Positions 1 through 9,615 of a stretch of DNA of 64,000 nt are shown piece after piece; positions within the stretch are counted from its first letter, which is position 1, and each line of letters opens with the position of its first letter. Origin of the DNA: Bdellovibrionales bacterium (lineage in GTDB: Bacteria; Bdellovibrionota; Bdellovibrionia; Bdellovibrionales; JAUICD01); contig OZ241865.1 in NCBI GenBank assembly GCA_965203275.1, positions 864,001 to 928,000 of the forward strand, written 5' to 3'. Position numbers and translations under genes: made by a program. The notes under the pieces were generated by a model. The model had not been told where the DNA came from and did no database searches. It saw nothing but the letters and a program-made list of their open reading frames with translations.

Positions 1-413
1 AGTTGAATTTTTTGCTGTTGAATGATTCCCTGTAAAAGGTTTATTTTTTGTTGAAAGGATTGCATAATTTGATGATGCCTTTCAATCAAAACTTCCGTTT
101 GTTGATTGTTTTGCTTGACATTTTGAATTTTTTTCAGAAGCTGTTGGTTTCTTTCATTTTGATCTCTAACAACCTGCTGTAAACATTTGAATATCCATCG
201 AAAGTTAATTTCTAAATGAGTTAATCTTTCTTTTAAATGAGGCAAGAGTGTGTTGAGTTGATCTTTTTGATCAGGAGTAGCCTCTGCTGGATTTTCTGTG
301 GAATTTAATGAGGGAGTCAAATCTACAAAGGAAAAATCAGGTTCCTCATTTTGAGCAAAAATGCGAGAATCTATCTTCTTTTTTTGAGATATATATGTGT
401 TTTTTTCTTTCAT
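1..413 (-). CDS. Hypothetical coiled-coil protein, runs off the window start
   Basis: Manual translation from ATG at 413: MKEKNTYISQKKKIDSRIF...IERHHQIMQSFQQKINLLQGIIQQQK, no stop before position 1. Confidence 0.6.
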   Translation of the reverse strand, partial: MKEKNTYISQKKKIDSRIFAQNEEPDFSFVDLTPSLNSTENPAEATPDQKDQLNTLLPHLKERLTHLEINFRWIFKCLQQVVRDQNERNQQLLKKIQNVKQNNQQTEVLIERHHQIMQSFQQKINLLQGIIQQQKIQ

Positions 414-651
414 AAAGCTATTATGGCATACTTAAATCTTATAAAAAGGCTTTATTTTTAGATTTTTACACACCGCATCTTGAAATTATGCTATTTTTTG
501 AAAAAATATGAATTTTTCTTGATTTTTTAAGGACTCTAGTATATGCCTTATTTTATTATTAAGACTTTACTATGAAGTCTTGTTATTTTTTAACTAAGAA
601 ACTAAGTTTTAAAAATATACACATACACTTAGGAAAAAATAGGAGCAAATC

Positions 652-1365
652 ATGTCAAATCAATTAAAATATTTTTTAAAGACTGTAATTTTTCTATCTG
701 TTGTGAGCTTCTCTTATGGAGTGCATGCAAATATGGAAATCTCAGCTTATGGTGGTCGAAACTTTCACAAAGAACTTAAATTAAGTGAAATTAATCTTAA
801 TACAAGTAATACAGGTAATGCAGGTAATAAAGAGGACCATCAGGGCCACTCATGGCTTTTTGGCTTCGATGTTGTGTATAGAGGTTTATTAGATACCAAA
901 TGTGGCTTAGGGCTTAGATATCAGCATAATACTATACGTGGTGCTGATTATGGAAGAGACAATCAAATGCTTAATTTTAATGCCAATAGATTAGCTATTT
1001 TAGGTAGCTATCGGTTTCTTACCCCAGATGATGTGACAAATAAAGGACTCTTCTTGGGTGTTTTAGGAGCATGGGATCTTTTAAGGACTATGTCAATACA
1101 TGTGGATGCAACAGGTGGAGGCGTAGCCTTTGAGTTGAAAAGTACAAAGTATTTTGGACTGACAGGTCAGCTTGCTGTCGAAGTAGGTTATAGATGGACA
1201 CCTAGCTTTTTTATGAAGGCAGAAGCAGGTTATAGCCTGTATTCATTTAATGCTTTTGAAGCATGTGATGGTGATCGCAAGTGTGCAGCTATTTCTAATG
1301 AAGAAGACCAATTAAGTTTAAACGCTCCTTATGTCACATTAGGTATAGGTTGGTTTTTCATTTAG
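652..1365 (+). CDS. Outer-membrane beta-barrel protein
   Basis: Signal peptide, alternating beta-strand pattern, aromatic C-terminus (LGIGWFFI), AGGAG RBS. Confidence 0.7.
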   Translation: MSNQLKYFLKTVIFLSVVSFSYGVHANMEISAYGGRNFHKELKLSEINLNTSNTGNAGNKEDHQGHSWLFGFDVVYRGLLDTKCGLGLRYQHNTIRGADYGRDNQMLNFNANRLAILGSYRFLTPDDVTNKGLFLGVLGAWDLLRTMSIHVDATGGGVAFELKSTKYFGLTGQLAVEVGYRWTPSFFMKAEAGYSLYSFNAFEACDGDRKCAAISNEEDQLSLNAPYVTLGIGWFFI

Positions 1366-1473
1366 GCTAGCTTGAGATAAATTTTATTGAAATTGTGAGT
1401 TTGTGGTCATCTATAAACCAAAAACTTAAAATCAATAAATTCAAGTGAATGACAAAAGTTCTTTTTCAATTTT

Positions 1474-1962
1474 TTAATGATAAAGAGGTTGTGAAATTTT
1501 TTGAATGCGAGATTGATGTCGCAACTCTTTATTAAATGGCGTATCAAAAAACACTTTAACTATTTGATCAGCTAAAGCAAAGGGAAGCAATCGGCCCCCT
1601 AAACATAGCACATTAGCGTCATTGTGTTGCCTTGCTAGCTGGGCAGAGGGTATATCCCAACAGAGAGCTGCCCTTACTTGAGGATATTTATTTGCTCTCA
1701 TACACATGCCTTGACCAGAACCACAAATCAATATCCCCATACCTTTATTTTGATTGACTTTCTGAGCAACTAGAGAAGCATAATCAGGATAATCTACCCT
1801 AGAAACATTTCCATTAGTAAAATGAACACCCATATCAGTAACTTGTAAATTTTTGTCTTGATTGAGATATCTCAAAACTTTTTGTTTGAGTTCAAAACCT
1901 GCATGATCTGAAGCTATAAAAAGAGTTTTCATTTTTATGTCCTGTTTTGTTCTTTCTATCAT
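1474..1962 (-). CDS. rpiB: Ribose 5-phosphate isomerase B
   Basis: IASDHAG, DYPD, GILICGSGQGM, ARQHNDANVLCLGGR motifs. Confidence 0.95.
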   Translation of the reverse strand: MIERTKQDIKMKTLFIASDHAGFELKQKVLRYLNQDKNLQVTDMGVHFTNGNVSRVDYPDYASLVAQKVNQNKGMGILICGSGQGMCMRANKYPQVRAALCWDIPSAQLARQHNDANVLCLGGRLLPFALADQIVKVFFDTPFNKELRHQSRIQKISQPLYH

Positions 1963-2049
1963 ATTATTATATAAACTATTTATTTTATTATAGACAAGCT
2001 AATATGGAAAAGATATAATAGCTCAAAAAAATAATAAAGGAGGAACATA

Positions 2050-2562
2050 ATGCACTTTTTTATTTCATGGATCCAAATATTTCTTATAACAGTATTAGCA
2101 CTTATTTTATGGACAACAAATGAAAGCCAAGCTGCTAATTGTGGTAGAGAGGCAGGTTTTAGGCACCCTAACGGAGGGGGTTTTGTAGCAAATACGGCAG
2201 AGGTAAGTGCATCTGTTTTTGTATCAGCTGATTCTGTTATTTGTGGTCATGCAAAGGTAGAAGGAGATGTGAAAATCATAGCTCAATCTAGGATTTTTCA
2301 AAGGCCTCATATTTCTGGACTTTCAGGCCCAGTACTCATCATGGCAGGTTCTGAAGTTTCTGGTCATGCTCAGATTTCAGGTCCTTCTACTCTTTTTAAC
2401 TCTAGGGCTACTGACCATACTCGAGTTTTTGGAGATGTCCGTCTTGTGAACTCTCAAGTTGTTGACTATGGTCAAGCATTTGGAAAGGGTTATATTAAAG
2501 ACAAGTTCATCAGTGGTCACGTAAAATACAATGCTCAAACCTGTTCAGATGCCCTAAAATAA
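2050..2562 (+). CDS. Secreted hexapeptide-repeat (left-handed beta-helix) protein
   Basis: Signal peptide, RHPNGGGFVANTAEV followed by hexapeptide-like repeats. Confidence 0.6.
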   Translation: MHFFISWIQIFLITVLALILWTTNESQAANCGREAGFRHPNGGGFVANTAEVSASVFVSADSVICGHAKVEGDVKIIAQSRIFQRPHISGLSGPVLIMAGSEVSGHAQISGPSTLFNSRATDHTRVFGDVRLVNSQVVDYGQAFGKGYIKDKFISGHVKYNAQTCSDALK

Positions 2563-2723
2563 AAAAATACTTAGGAGTATTAAGAGTATTTTTAGAGCCA
2601 TTAAAATCAAGGGTTTTGCCTTTATCTTCTAAGGTCTAGTCCAAAATAGACTATTTATTATGTCTTGAAATAATACCAGCCTCTATTGAGGTTTTTTTCA
2701 AATAGTCATAAAATAAAAGAAGG

Positions 2724-4967
2724 ATGTCAAAGCTCTTTACTTTTCTATATATAATAATGGCTTACAGCTTAAATGCCTTTTTTGGAGGGTTATTTTTGCT
2801 ATTGATCAGCTGTGTGTCTATCTCTACCACACAGAACAAAGACCTGTCTAAACAAAATATATTCTCTTTATCTCATCAGCTTGAATTTTTAGATGATCAA
2901 AGCATTGAACAATATCTTCAAAATTTTTCCCAGCAACACAAAGATGATTCTTCTCAATGGTGGGTGAAATACCAAATGGCCCATCTGTGGAAAAAAGAGC
3001 ATAAAGCAAAATCATGTGCAACTTTAAAGGAACTAGCTCATATCAAAGCCTTTCCTTTAAATCAAGTCGCTTTTATTCAAACGAAAACTGTTTGTCCTAT
3101 AGAAGAAAAAGACCTCACAGAACTTAAAGAAATTTTACAAAATAAAAGCTATAAATGGTTACATCGACTCACTGCTCAAGTGGGGGCAGAGCAAGCAGAG
3201 AAACTTGCTCTGTGGGGTCACTTAGCTTATTTTCAATATAAGCTTTCTTATTATACCCCTATACCTTCTCATCAAATAGAATTGTTAGAGCAATCTATAG
3301 CTCATGCTCAAAAGGCTGATGATTTGCAATATGAAAAGCTATCAACTCAAAGACTCTATCAGATAGCACCTCGACTGATATCTCATAAAAAAGTTTCTCC
3401 TTTCAAACTAGCCTATGATTATAGGAAAGCAAGGCAATTTGATAAAGCTATTGCTATTTATAGATCCACTATGAAAGACCCTCAGTCCTCTCTTTATGAA
3501 GTTTATCAGTCAATTAAACATTTGAGAACCATCAGTAAACTGATGAATAATAAAAAAGATGTTTTAAAATATTCTGCTCAGTTAGAAAGAGTGACAAGGT
3601 ATACATTTTGGAGAGCCATCAATGCTCATCCATCAAAACAAAAATTCTGTCCCCAACAAAAAACAAAACTTTACCATGATGGTGCTTTAATTTATGCAAA
3701 GACGTTATGGACACAAAATCAAATATCTCAAGCTCAAGAAATTTTACAAAATGCACATAAAAATTTAATTAACTGTCAAACTTCAGGAGAAATTTACTGG
3801 GTTTTAGCTCAAATGAAAGAAGAATCTGGAAACTTTACAGAGGCTATTGTTTGGACCCAGAAAGGTATTGAAATGGCTAGCAATAAATCTTTTATTTTAG
3901 AAAAGCTCAAATGGAGGCTTGCATGGAATTTAAGAAAAACTTCTCAATTTGAGAAAGCCATCACTGCATTTAAAGACATTATAAATACAACTCAAGATAA
4001 TTTTTTACTATCAAAGTACACTTATTGGATGGCTCGTACTTATGAAGATATAAAAGCATCTGATCAAGCAGGAAAATTATTTCAAAAGTTAATTCAAACA
4101 TCACAAATGGGATATTATGGTCTTTTAGCTCATAGGAGTTTAAAAAAACCTTTGTCAGCTCTCAATAATCAAAGTAAAGAATTTTTATCATCCAAAGCAA
4201 ATCATGAAGCTTCTCAATCTCAAGTGGTGGATGAAGATCTTATTAAATGGTTAATTGCTGTTAATGAAAAAGAACTTGCTAAAAATTATCTTAAAATGCA
4301 AAAAAGAAAAATCACTCGTATAGATGAAATGGAAAATTTTATTGATTATTTTTCTATTGTAGGAGATCATATCGAAGTATTTTCTTATGTAGCACAATCA
4401 TCTTCTGATACAAGAAACTATATCCTTTCAAACTTTCCTCATTTGCTTTTTCCAACTCCTTACTTAAATCAAATCACAAAGGTATCTAATAAATACAATG
4501 TTCCCAAAGAATTTATTTATTCTATTATACGTCAGGAATCTGCATTTAATAGGTATGCCCGTAGTCCAGCAGATGCTTTTGGATTGATGCAAATTTTACC
4601 ACGTGTAGCTAAAAGGTCTGCACAGCAATCAAAAACGTCTTATCAATCTATAGATGATTTATTTAATCCAGAAATCAATCTATCTTTAGGTACTTTTTAT
4701 CTACGTCAGCTATTGGATAAATTTGATAATCAATTCATTATGGCTATAGCTTCTTATAATGCACCAGAAGAAGCTGTACGCCATTGGGTTAAGAAAAGAT
4801 ATAGGAATGAACCAGTTGAATTTATTGAAGATATTCCTTACAAAGAGACAAGACTTTATGTCAAACTTGTGATACGTAATCTTGTATTTTATCAAAGACT
4901 TTTTTCAGAAAACGAAATTCTATTTCCTGAATGGTGTTTGAATGGATTGCAAATATTTAAGTCCTAG
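2724..4967 (+). CDS. slt: Soluble lytic murein transglycosylase with TPR-like N-terminus
   Basis: IIRQESAF, AFGLMQI, ASYNA, FIEDIPYKETRLYV motifs. Confidence 0.9.
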   Translation: MSKLFTFLYIIMAYSLNAFFGGLFLLLISCVSISTTQNKDLSKQNIFSLSHQLEFLDDQSIEQYLQNFSQQHKDDSSQWWVKYQMAHLWKKEHKAKSCATLKELAHIKAFPLNQVAFIQTKTVCPIEEKDLTELKEILQNKSYKWLHRLTAQVGAEQAEKLALWGHLAYFQYKLSYYTPIPSHQIELLEQSIAHAQKADDLQYEKLSTQRLYQIAPRLISHKKVSPFKLAYDYRKARQFDKAIAIYRSTMKDPQSSLYEVYQSIKHLRTISKLMNNKKDVLKYSAQLERVTRYTFWRAINAHPSKQKFCPQQKTKLYHDGALIYAKTLWTQNQISQAQEILQNAHKNLINCQTSGEIYWVLAQMKEESGNFTEAIVWTQKGIEMASNKSFILEKLKWRLAWNLRKTSQFEKAITAFKDIINTTQDNFLLSKYTYWMARTYEDIKASDQAGKLFQKLIQTSQMGYYGLLAHRSLKKPLSALNNQSKEFLSSKANHEASQSQVVDEDLIKWLIAVNEKELAKNYLKMQKRKITRIDEMENFIDYFSIVGDHIEVFSYVAQSSSDTRNYILSNFPHLLFPTPYLNQITKVSNKYNVPKEFIYSIIRQESAFNRYARSPADAFGLMQILPRVAKRSAQQSKTSYQSIDDLFNPEINLSLGTFYLRQLLDKFDNQFIMAIASYNAPEEAVRHWVKKRYRNEPVEFIEDIPYKETRLYVKLVIRNLVFYQRLFSENEILFPEWCLNGLQIFKS

Positions 4968-4992
4968 CTAAAACCTTGTTGGCTCACTCAAT

Positions 4993-5855
4993 ACACTAAA
5001 AGTAAACCAGCCGTCATTTTCACTCAAAATGAACCACTGTTTCACTAAAAGTGGTCTGACCTCTGGTCACTTTTGGGTGATGACCACGACGGCTCACGCC
5101 GTCGATAAAATGGTCATCACCTCAAAAGCCTGACCACTTTTAGTAGGGAGGATCTCCTTGTCTCTTAACACCATGTTAAGGAAAAAGTTCTTTCTTACAC
5201 CTTTTGGCTGTCGCCGTCGATCAAAGGCTAACTGCCTAGAAAATCCATTTATTTTGAGTAGGAAGTTAGTTGTTTCACTCAAAATGAGCCACACCTCTGG
5301 CTCACTAAAAGTGGTCTGACCTCTGGTCACTTTTGGGTGATGACCACGACGGCTCACGCCGTCGATAAAATGCTCATCACCTCAAAAGCCTGACCACTTT
5401 TAGTAGGGAGGATCTCCTTGTCTCTTAACACCATGTTAAGGAAAAAGTTCTTTCTTACACCTTTTGGCTGTCGCCGTCGATCAAAGGCTAACTGCCTAGA
5501 AAATCCATTTATTTTGAGTAGGAAGTTAGTTGTTTCACTCAAAATGAGCCACACCTCTGGCTCACTAAAAGTGGTCTGACCTCTGGTCACTTTTGGGTGA
5601 TGACCACGACGGCTCACGCCGTCGATAAAATGGTCATCACCTCAAAAGCCTGACCACTTTTAGTAGGGAGGATCTCCTCGTCTCTTTACACGATGTTAAG
5701 GAAAAAGTTCTTTCTTACACCTTTTGGCTGTCGCCGTCGATCAAAGGCTAACTGCCTAGAAAATCCATTTATTTTGAGTAGGAAGTTAGTTGTTTCACTC
5801 AAAATGAGACACCTCTGGCTCACTAAAAGTGGTCTGACCTCTGGCTATTTTTGAG
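4993..5855. repeat. Cluster of ~145-nt structured repeats; 260-bp tandem unit x3 plus partial
   Basis: CACTAAAAGTGGTCTGACC recurs at 5043, 5303, 5563, 5821; units near-identical. Confidence 0.95.
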
Positions 5856-6139
5856 CATTTAATCAATAATTATAAAGGCTTGAAAGTGCTTAAAAGCTTA
5901 AAAAACATGTTTTATAGTTCTATTGCTTTGATATTTTCATAACTGCTTAACACCACAATACATTTGAAAAATATAGTAAAATCAATTATTTAATTATTGT
6001 TAAGCCCAAAAACTATGTTTTATTTAGATACATTAATGACTTCAAATCTAAAATTAGACTTTACTAATCAATAATTTTTAGATAAGATATAGATAGGCTA
6101 CAATATTATAAATAGTAATCAACTAACAGGAGGTTATTT

Positions 6140-6620
6140 GTGGATGAGATTAAATTAGTTGTCAAAAAACTTCTCAAATCTTATGCAAAAAATGACAGGG
6201 ATGGAGTAAAAATGCAATTTCAAAATTTAAAAAATATTTTGCAAAAACAAAAATTACACATTGTTGGTAGAGAAGATCAAGAAAACAGAGGTTACAATGA
6301 GCAAGAAAATAATAAAAGAATCTACAGAAAAGATGAAAACGATGGATGGACACGAACAGATGAAGGATGGACACGAAGAGATGAAGGATGGACACGAAGA
6401 GACATCTTGCCACCTGACAGGAGAAATTGGTTCATCCCAACAAGCAAAAAAGAATCTCGATGAAATTAGAGATGAAATTTTTGAATATATTTTTAATGAA
6501 AGCAAAGGACACAATCTTGAACAATTTAAGAATATATTACAGAAGCTATTAACAGTTTATGTAAAAAAACTGTGCAAAGAAAGTGCTTTAAAAAATATTA
6601 AAACTGTGTGTGTGTATTAA
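6140..6620 (+). CDS. Hypothetical protein(s): overlapping ORFs 6140-6463 and 6261-6620, possibly one frameshifted gene
   Basis: AGGAGG RBS before GTG at 6140; 21-bp repeat ~x3 at 6344-6402. Confidence 0.45.
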
Positions 6621-6623
6621 ACA

Positions 6624-7553
6624 TTAAATTGGAAGAGATAATCTGTTTGAATGAAGTGATAACTTTATAAATTCTCTCTGCAAAGTATCAGGTCTTATAG
6701 CCTCAATATAATGAGGATTTTTCTTTCCTAACTCTTTCGAAATTGTTTTCTTTTTTTTCTCCTCAAGATGATTCAATAGCATTTCAACAGTAATAGTTGC
6801 TCCGATACCAAAAACAATTGACCCACCTTTTGAAATATTAAAAAGATTCCTTGCTACATGATACCCAGCTATTCCTGCAAGTGGAGAGGCTGTTCCCCTC
6901 AACAAATCATAAGACTGTATCTTCCCATGATAAATACCATATCCAAGCCCACAAACTCCTAAAATAACCTGGAGTGGGTTAGCTGTTGCAAAACCAAGGC
7001 AAAGTGTGCTAGCTGTAACCCTCGATATAGCTTTAGGATCACCTGATCTTATTGCCGAAACAAGAAATAAAATATTAATACCTGAAGCAAGAAATTCCCC
7101 TGCATTGATACTATTCATATCCCTCATGCATTCTCGAATTTGTCCAGGAGTAATGATTCCACCTAAGGTTTCAGAAATCTCATAACTTAATCTCTCATAA
7201 CCTGGTTTGTTTAAAGTAAAAAGAGGAATACCTTCAGGAGTAACAAGCTCATTAAAGTGTGACTTGATGTATTCGAAAAAATCTACCGAACCTGTTCGGT
7301 CTTTAATAGCTTTATAGCTACCTGCTAATGTGTGAGAACCATCAAATGATCTGTGATATCCTCCTCCAATATGTGTTTTGCTGTAAGCCATGTCCATAAT
7401 TTTATCATATTGGCTTTGATTTTCTAAAAATTTAAATAAATTTTTATAAGTGTCTAAAAAAACAGCACTGGCAAATAAACTTGGATCTTTAAGACCTTGA
7501 AATGAATTCTTTTTTGCTTTATACAAGGTAAACCTCCCTATTCTACATACCAA
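6624..7553 (-). CDS. Hypothetical membrane protein
   Basis: 309-aa ORF abutting the upstream ORF; hydrophobic Gly-rich segments. Confidence 0.65.
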   Translation of the reverse strand: MVCRIGRFTLYKAKKNSFQGLKDPSLFASAVFLDTYKNLFKFLENQSQYDKIMDMAYSKTHIGGGYHRSFDGSHTLAGSYKAIKDRTGSVDFFEYIKSHFNELVTPEGIPLFTLNKPGYERLSYEISETLGGIITPGQIRECMRDMNSINAGEFLASGINILFLVSAIRSGDPKAISRVTASTLCLGFATANPLQVILGVCGLGYGIYHGKIQSYDLLRGTASPLAGIAGYHVARNLFNISKGGSIVFGIGATITVEMLLNHLEEKKKKTISKELGKKNPHYIEAIRPDTLQREFIKLSLHSNRLSLPI

Positions 7554-8612
7554 TCATAGCCAATCATAGTTTTGAGACATTTCTTTAGCTTTCTTATATA
7601 AAGAAATTGTTTTGTTTAAGCTTTCTTTATTAGAGTCAGATAATTTATTTTGCATTTCTTTACTTCTACTTTTGAGTTCTTTTAAGCTTTTATAAATTTG
7701 TCTACGGATCAAGTCAGGTATTGGAGATCTTTTGTAAAAGTGCTTCTGCACACGCCCTATAGCTAAATGTAAAGGAAGAAAAGTTGCTTGAGTTTGTTTC
7801 ATTATTTCCAAATTTTTAGTCATAGAAGTAGTCCCGCCAGCTATTGCACCAGTAGTAAAACCTAAAATTTGACCACCAAGCATTCCAAATCCGCCTGATG
7901 CCAATGAACCACCTCCTAAAAGTGCTAACCCATAACTAGTTGCCGCTACACCAGATAATCCAGCTAGACTACCAATGTAACCGGCAGCTATAGGAGTTAA
8001 AAACAAACTACTTACACCTCCTACTAAACCACCTATTACAAATCCTCCTACCTTCTTCCAAAATATACCATGCAATTTATAAGAGGCTTTTTCAATTTCT
8101 TTTGCTATATCCATCTTTTTCATTTTAGCCAGCAAGGGACGTAGTTCTTTTTTTAATGATGAAAATTTCTTTTCTGAAGATATGACTTTAATTGATTCTT
8201 CAATAAATTGTTCAAAAAGTTTTTGGTTTTCTTCGGCAAATTCTTTATTATCTGGGTTGCCTTTTTTTGTAAAAAGACAAAACATGTAATTTGTAAAAAA
8301 GACAACTTGTAAACGATATAGTAACCCATATCTTCTATCTTTGGCTTTAATCCGCCTATATTGTTTATACCACTGTAATTCCTCAATCCACCACTGTCTT
8401 ACAAAAATAGAAAATAAATCAGAATCATTCTCTGAATATTTAAGTTGCAATTTAAGAAATGATTGCAGAGCATTATTGAGTTGTTTTTTTCTCCTCACTT
8501 TATCTTTTTGACAAGATTTATTTTGAACAGTATTTTTAGCACAGTAAATGAGAAGCCATTTTATAATTTCTTTTTGATGATCTGTGATTTTTTCTAAATT
8601 TTCAAAATTCAT
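7554..8612 (-). CDS. Hypothetical protein with glycine-zipper membrane region
   Basis: AGGAGG RBS; GGLVGGV...AGLSGVAATSYGLALLGGGSLASGGFGMLGG. Confidence 0.7.
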   Translation of the reverse strand: MNFENLEKITDHQKEIIKWLLIYCAKNTVQNKSCQKDKVRRKKQLNNALQSFLKLQLKYSENDSDLFSIFVRQWWIEELQWYKQYRRIKAKDRRYGLLYRLQVVFFTNYMFCLFTKKGNPDNKEFAEENQKLFEQFIEESIKVISSEKKFSSLKKELRPLLAKMKKMDIAKEIEKASYKLHGIFWKKVGGFVIGGLVGGVSSLFLTPIAAGYIGSLAGLSGVAATSYGLALLGGGSLASGGFGMLGGQILGFTTGAIAGGTTSMTKNLEIMKQTQATFLPLHLAIGRVQKHFYKRSPIPDLIRRQIYKSLKELKSRSKEMQNKLSDSNKESLNKTISLYKKAKEMSQNYDWL

Positions 8613-8689
8613 ATAACACCTCCTATCTAATATTTTTAAATATTTAATTCTATATCGGTCACATAATTGAAAAACTTAAGGCTTTGGCT

Positions 8690-9520
8690 CCCTCAAAATG
8701 AGCCATACCTTTTTTTGCACTAAAAGTAAACTAGCCTCTGTTTCACTAAAAGTGGTCTAGCCTCTGGCTACTTTTGGACAATGACCGCAAAGGCTTTCGC
8801 CTTTGACAAAATGGTCATTGTCTCAAAAGCCTGACCACTTTTAGTAGGGAAGGATATCTTCGTTTCTTAACACCATGTTAAGGAAAACATCCCTTCTAAT
8901 GGTTAGCCCGAAGGCTACCGCCTTCTCAAAAGCTGGCAACCTCAAAAGTCCGTTTACTTTTAGTAGGAAGGATATCCTTGCTTTTTAACACGATGTTAGG
9001 GAAAAAGAGTTTCATTTGTAAGCCCGCTTGCTCCCAAAAAAGTTTTAGAAGCATATCTTGTTTCCCTAACATGGTGTAGAGGAATAAAAGGATCCTCCTC
9101 TACTCAAAATAAATGAATTTTCTAGGCAGTTAGCCTTTGATCGATGGCGATAGCCATCGGGCTAACTGCCAGAAAACATGCCAGAGGCATGATTTATTTT
9201 GAGTGAAATGTTAAGGAAAAAGAAATTCATTCGTAAATCCGCTTGCTCCCAAAAAAGTTTTAGAAGCATATCTTGTTTCCCTAACATGGTGTAGAGGAAT
9301 AAAAGGATCCTCCTCTACTCAAAATAAATGAATTTTCTAGGCAGTTAGCCTTTGATCGATGGCGATAGCCATCGGGCTAACTGCCAGAAAACATGCCAGA
9401 GGCATGATTTATTTTGAGTGAAATATTAAGGAAACAAGGCGTTCATCTGCTGGCAACCCAGTGTTGTTACATGGCAAGAGAAGCTTGCAGTCTGACCATT
9501 TAGTAGAGGAGAGTCTCTCG
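8690..9520. repeat. Cluster of structured repeats, including a 215-bp tandem duplication
   Basis: Full copies at ~8741-8885, ~9058-9208, ~9273-9423; GCTTGCTCCC at 9026 and 9241. Confidence 0.9.
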
Positions 9521-9615
9521 TTAAATTTAGGTTTAGATGTTTTGAAAAAGTAGGCTGAATTCCATACTTCAATTAACTTAAGTCTAACTCAAAATAAAGC
9601 AAGATAAAATACACG

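Noticed and set aside
5094..5617. Repeated 87-aa ORFs (also 56641-57366, 25678-25905, 30450-30656, 44808-44993, 52105-52356)
   Set aside because: They lie wholly within the repeats, and frames are not conserved between element variants.
5041..5855. CRISPR array interpretation of the tandem arrays (also 56541-57500)
   Set aside because: Units are 260-270 bp and near-identical throughout; no unique spacers and no cas genes.
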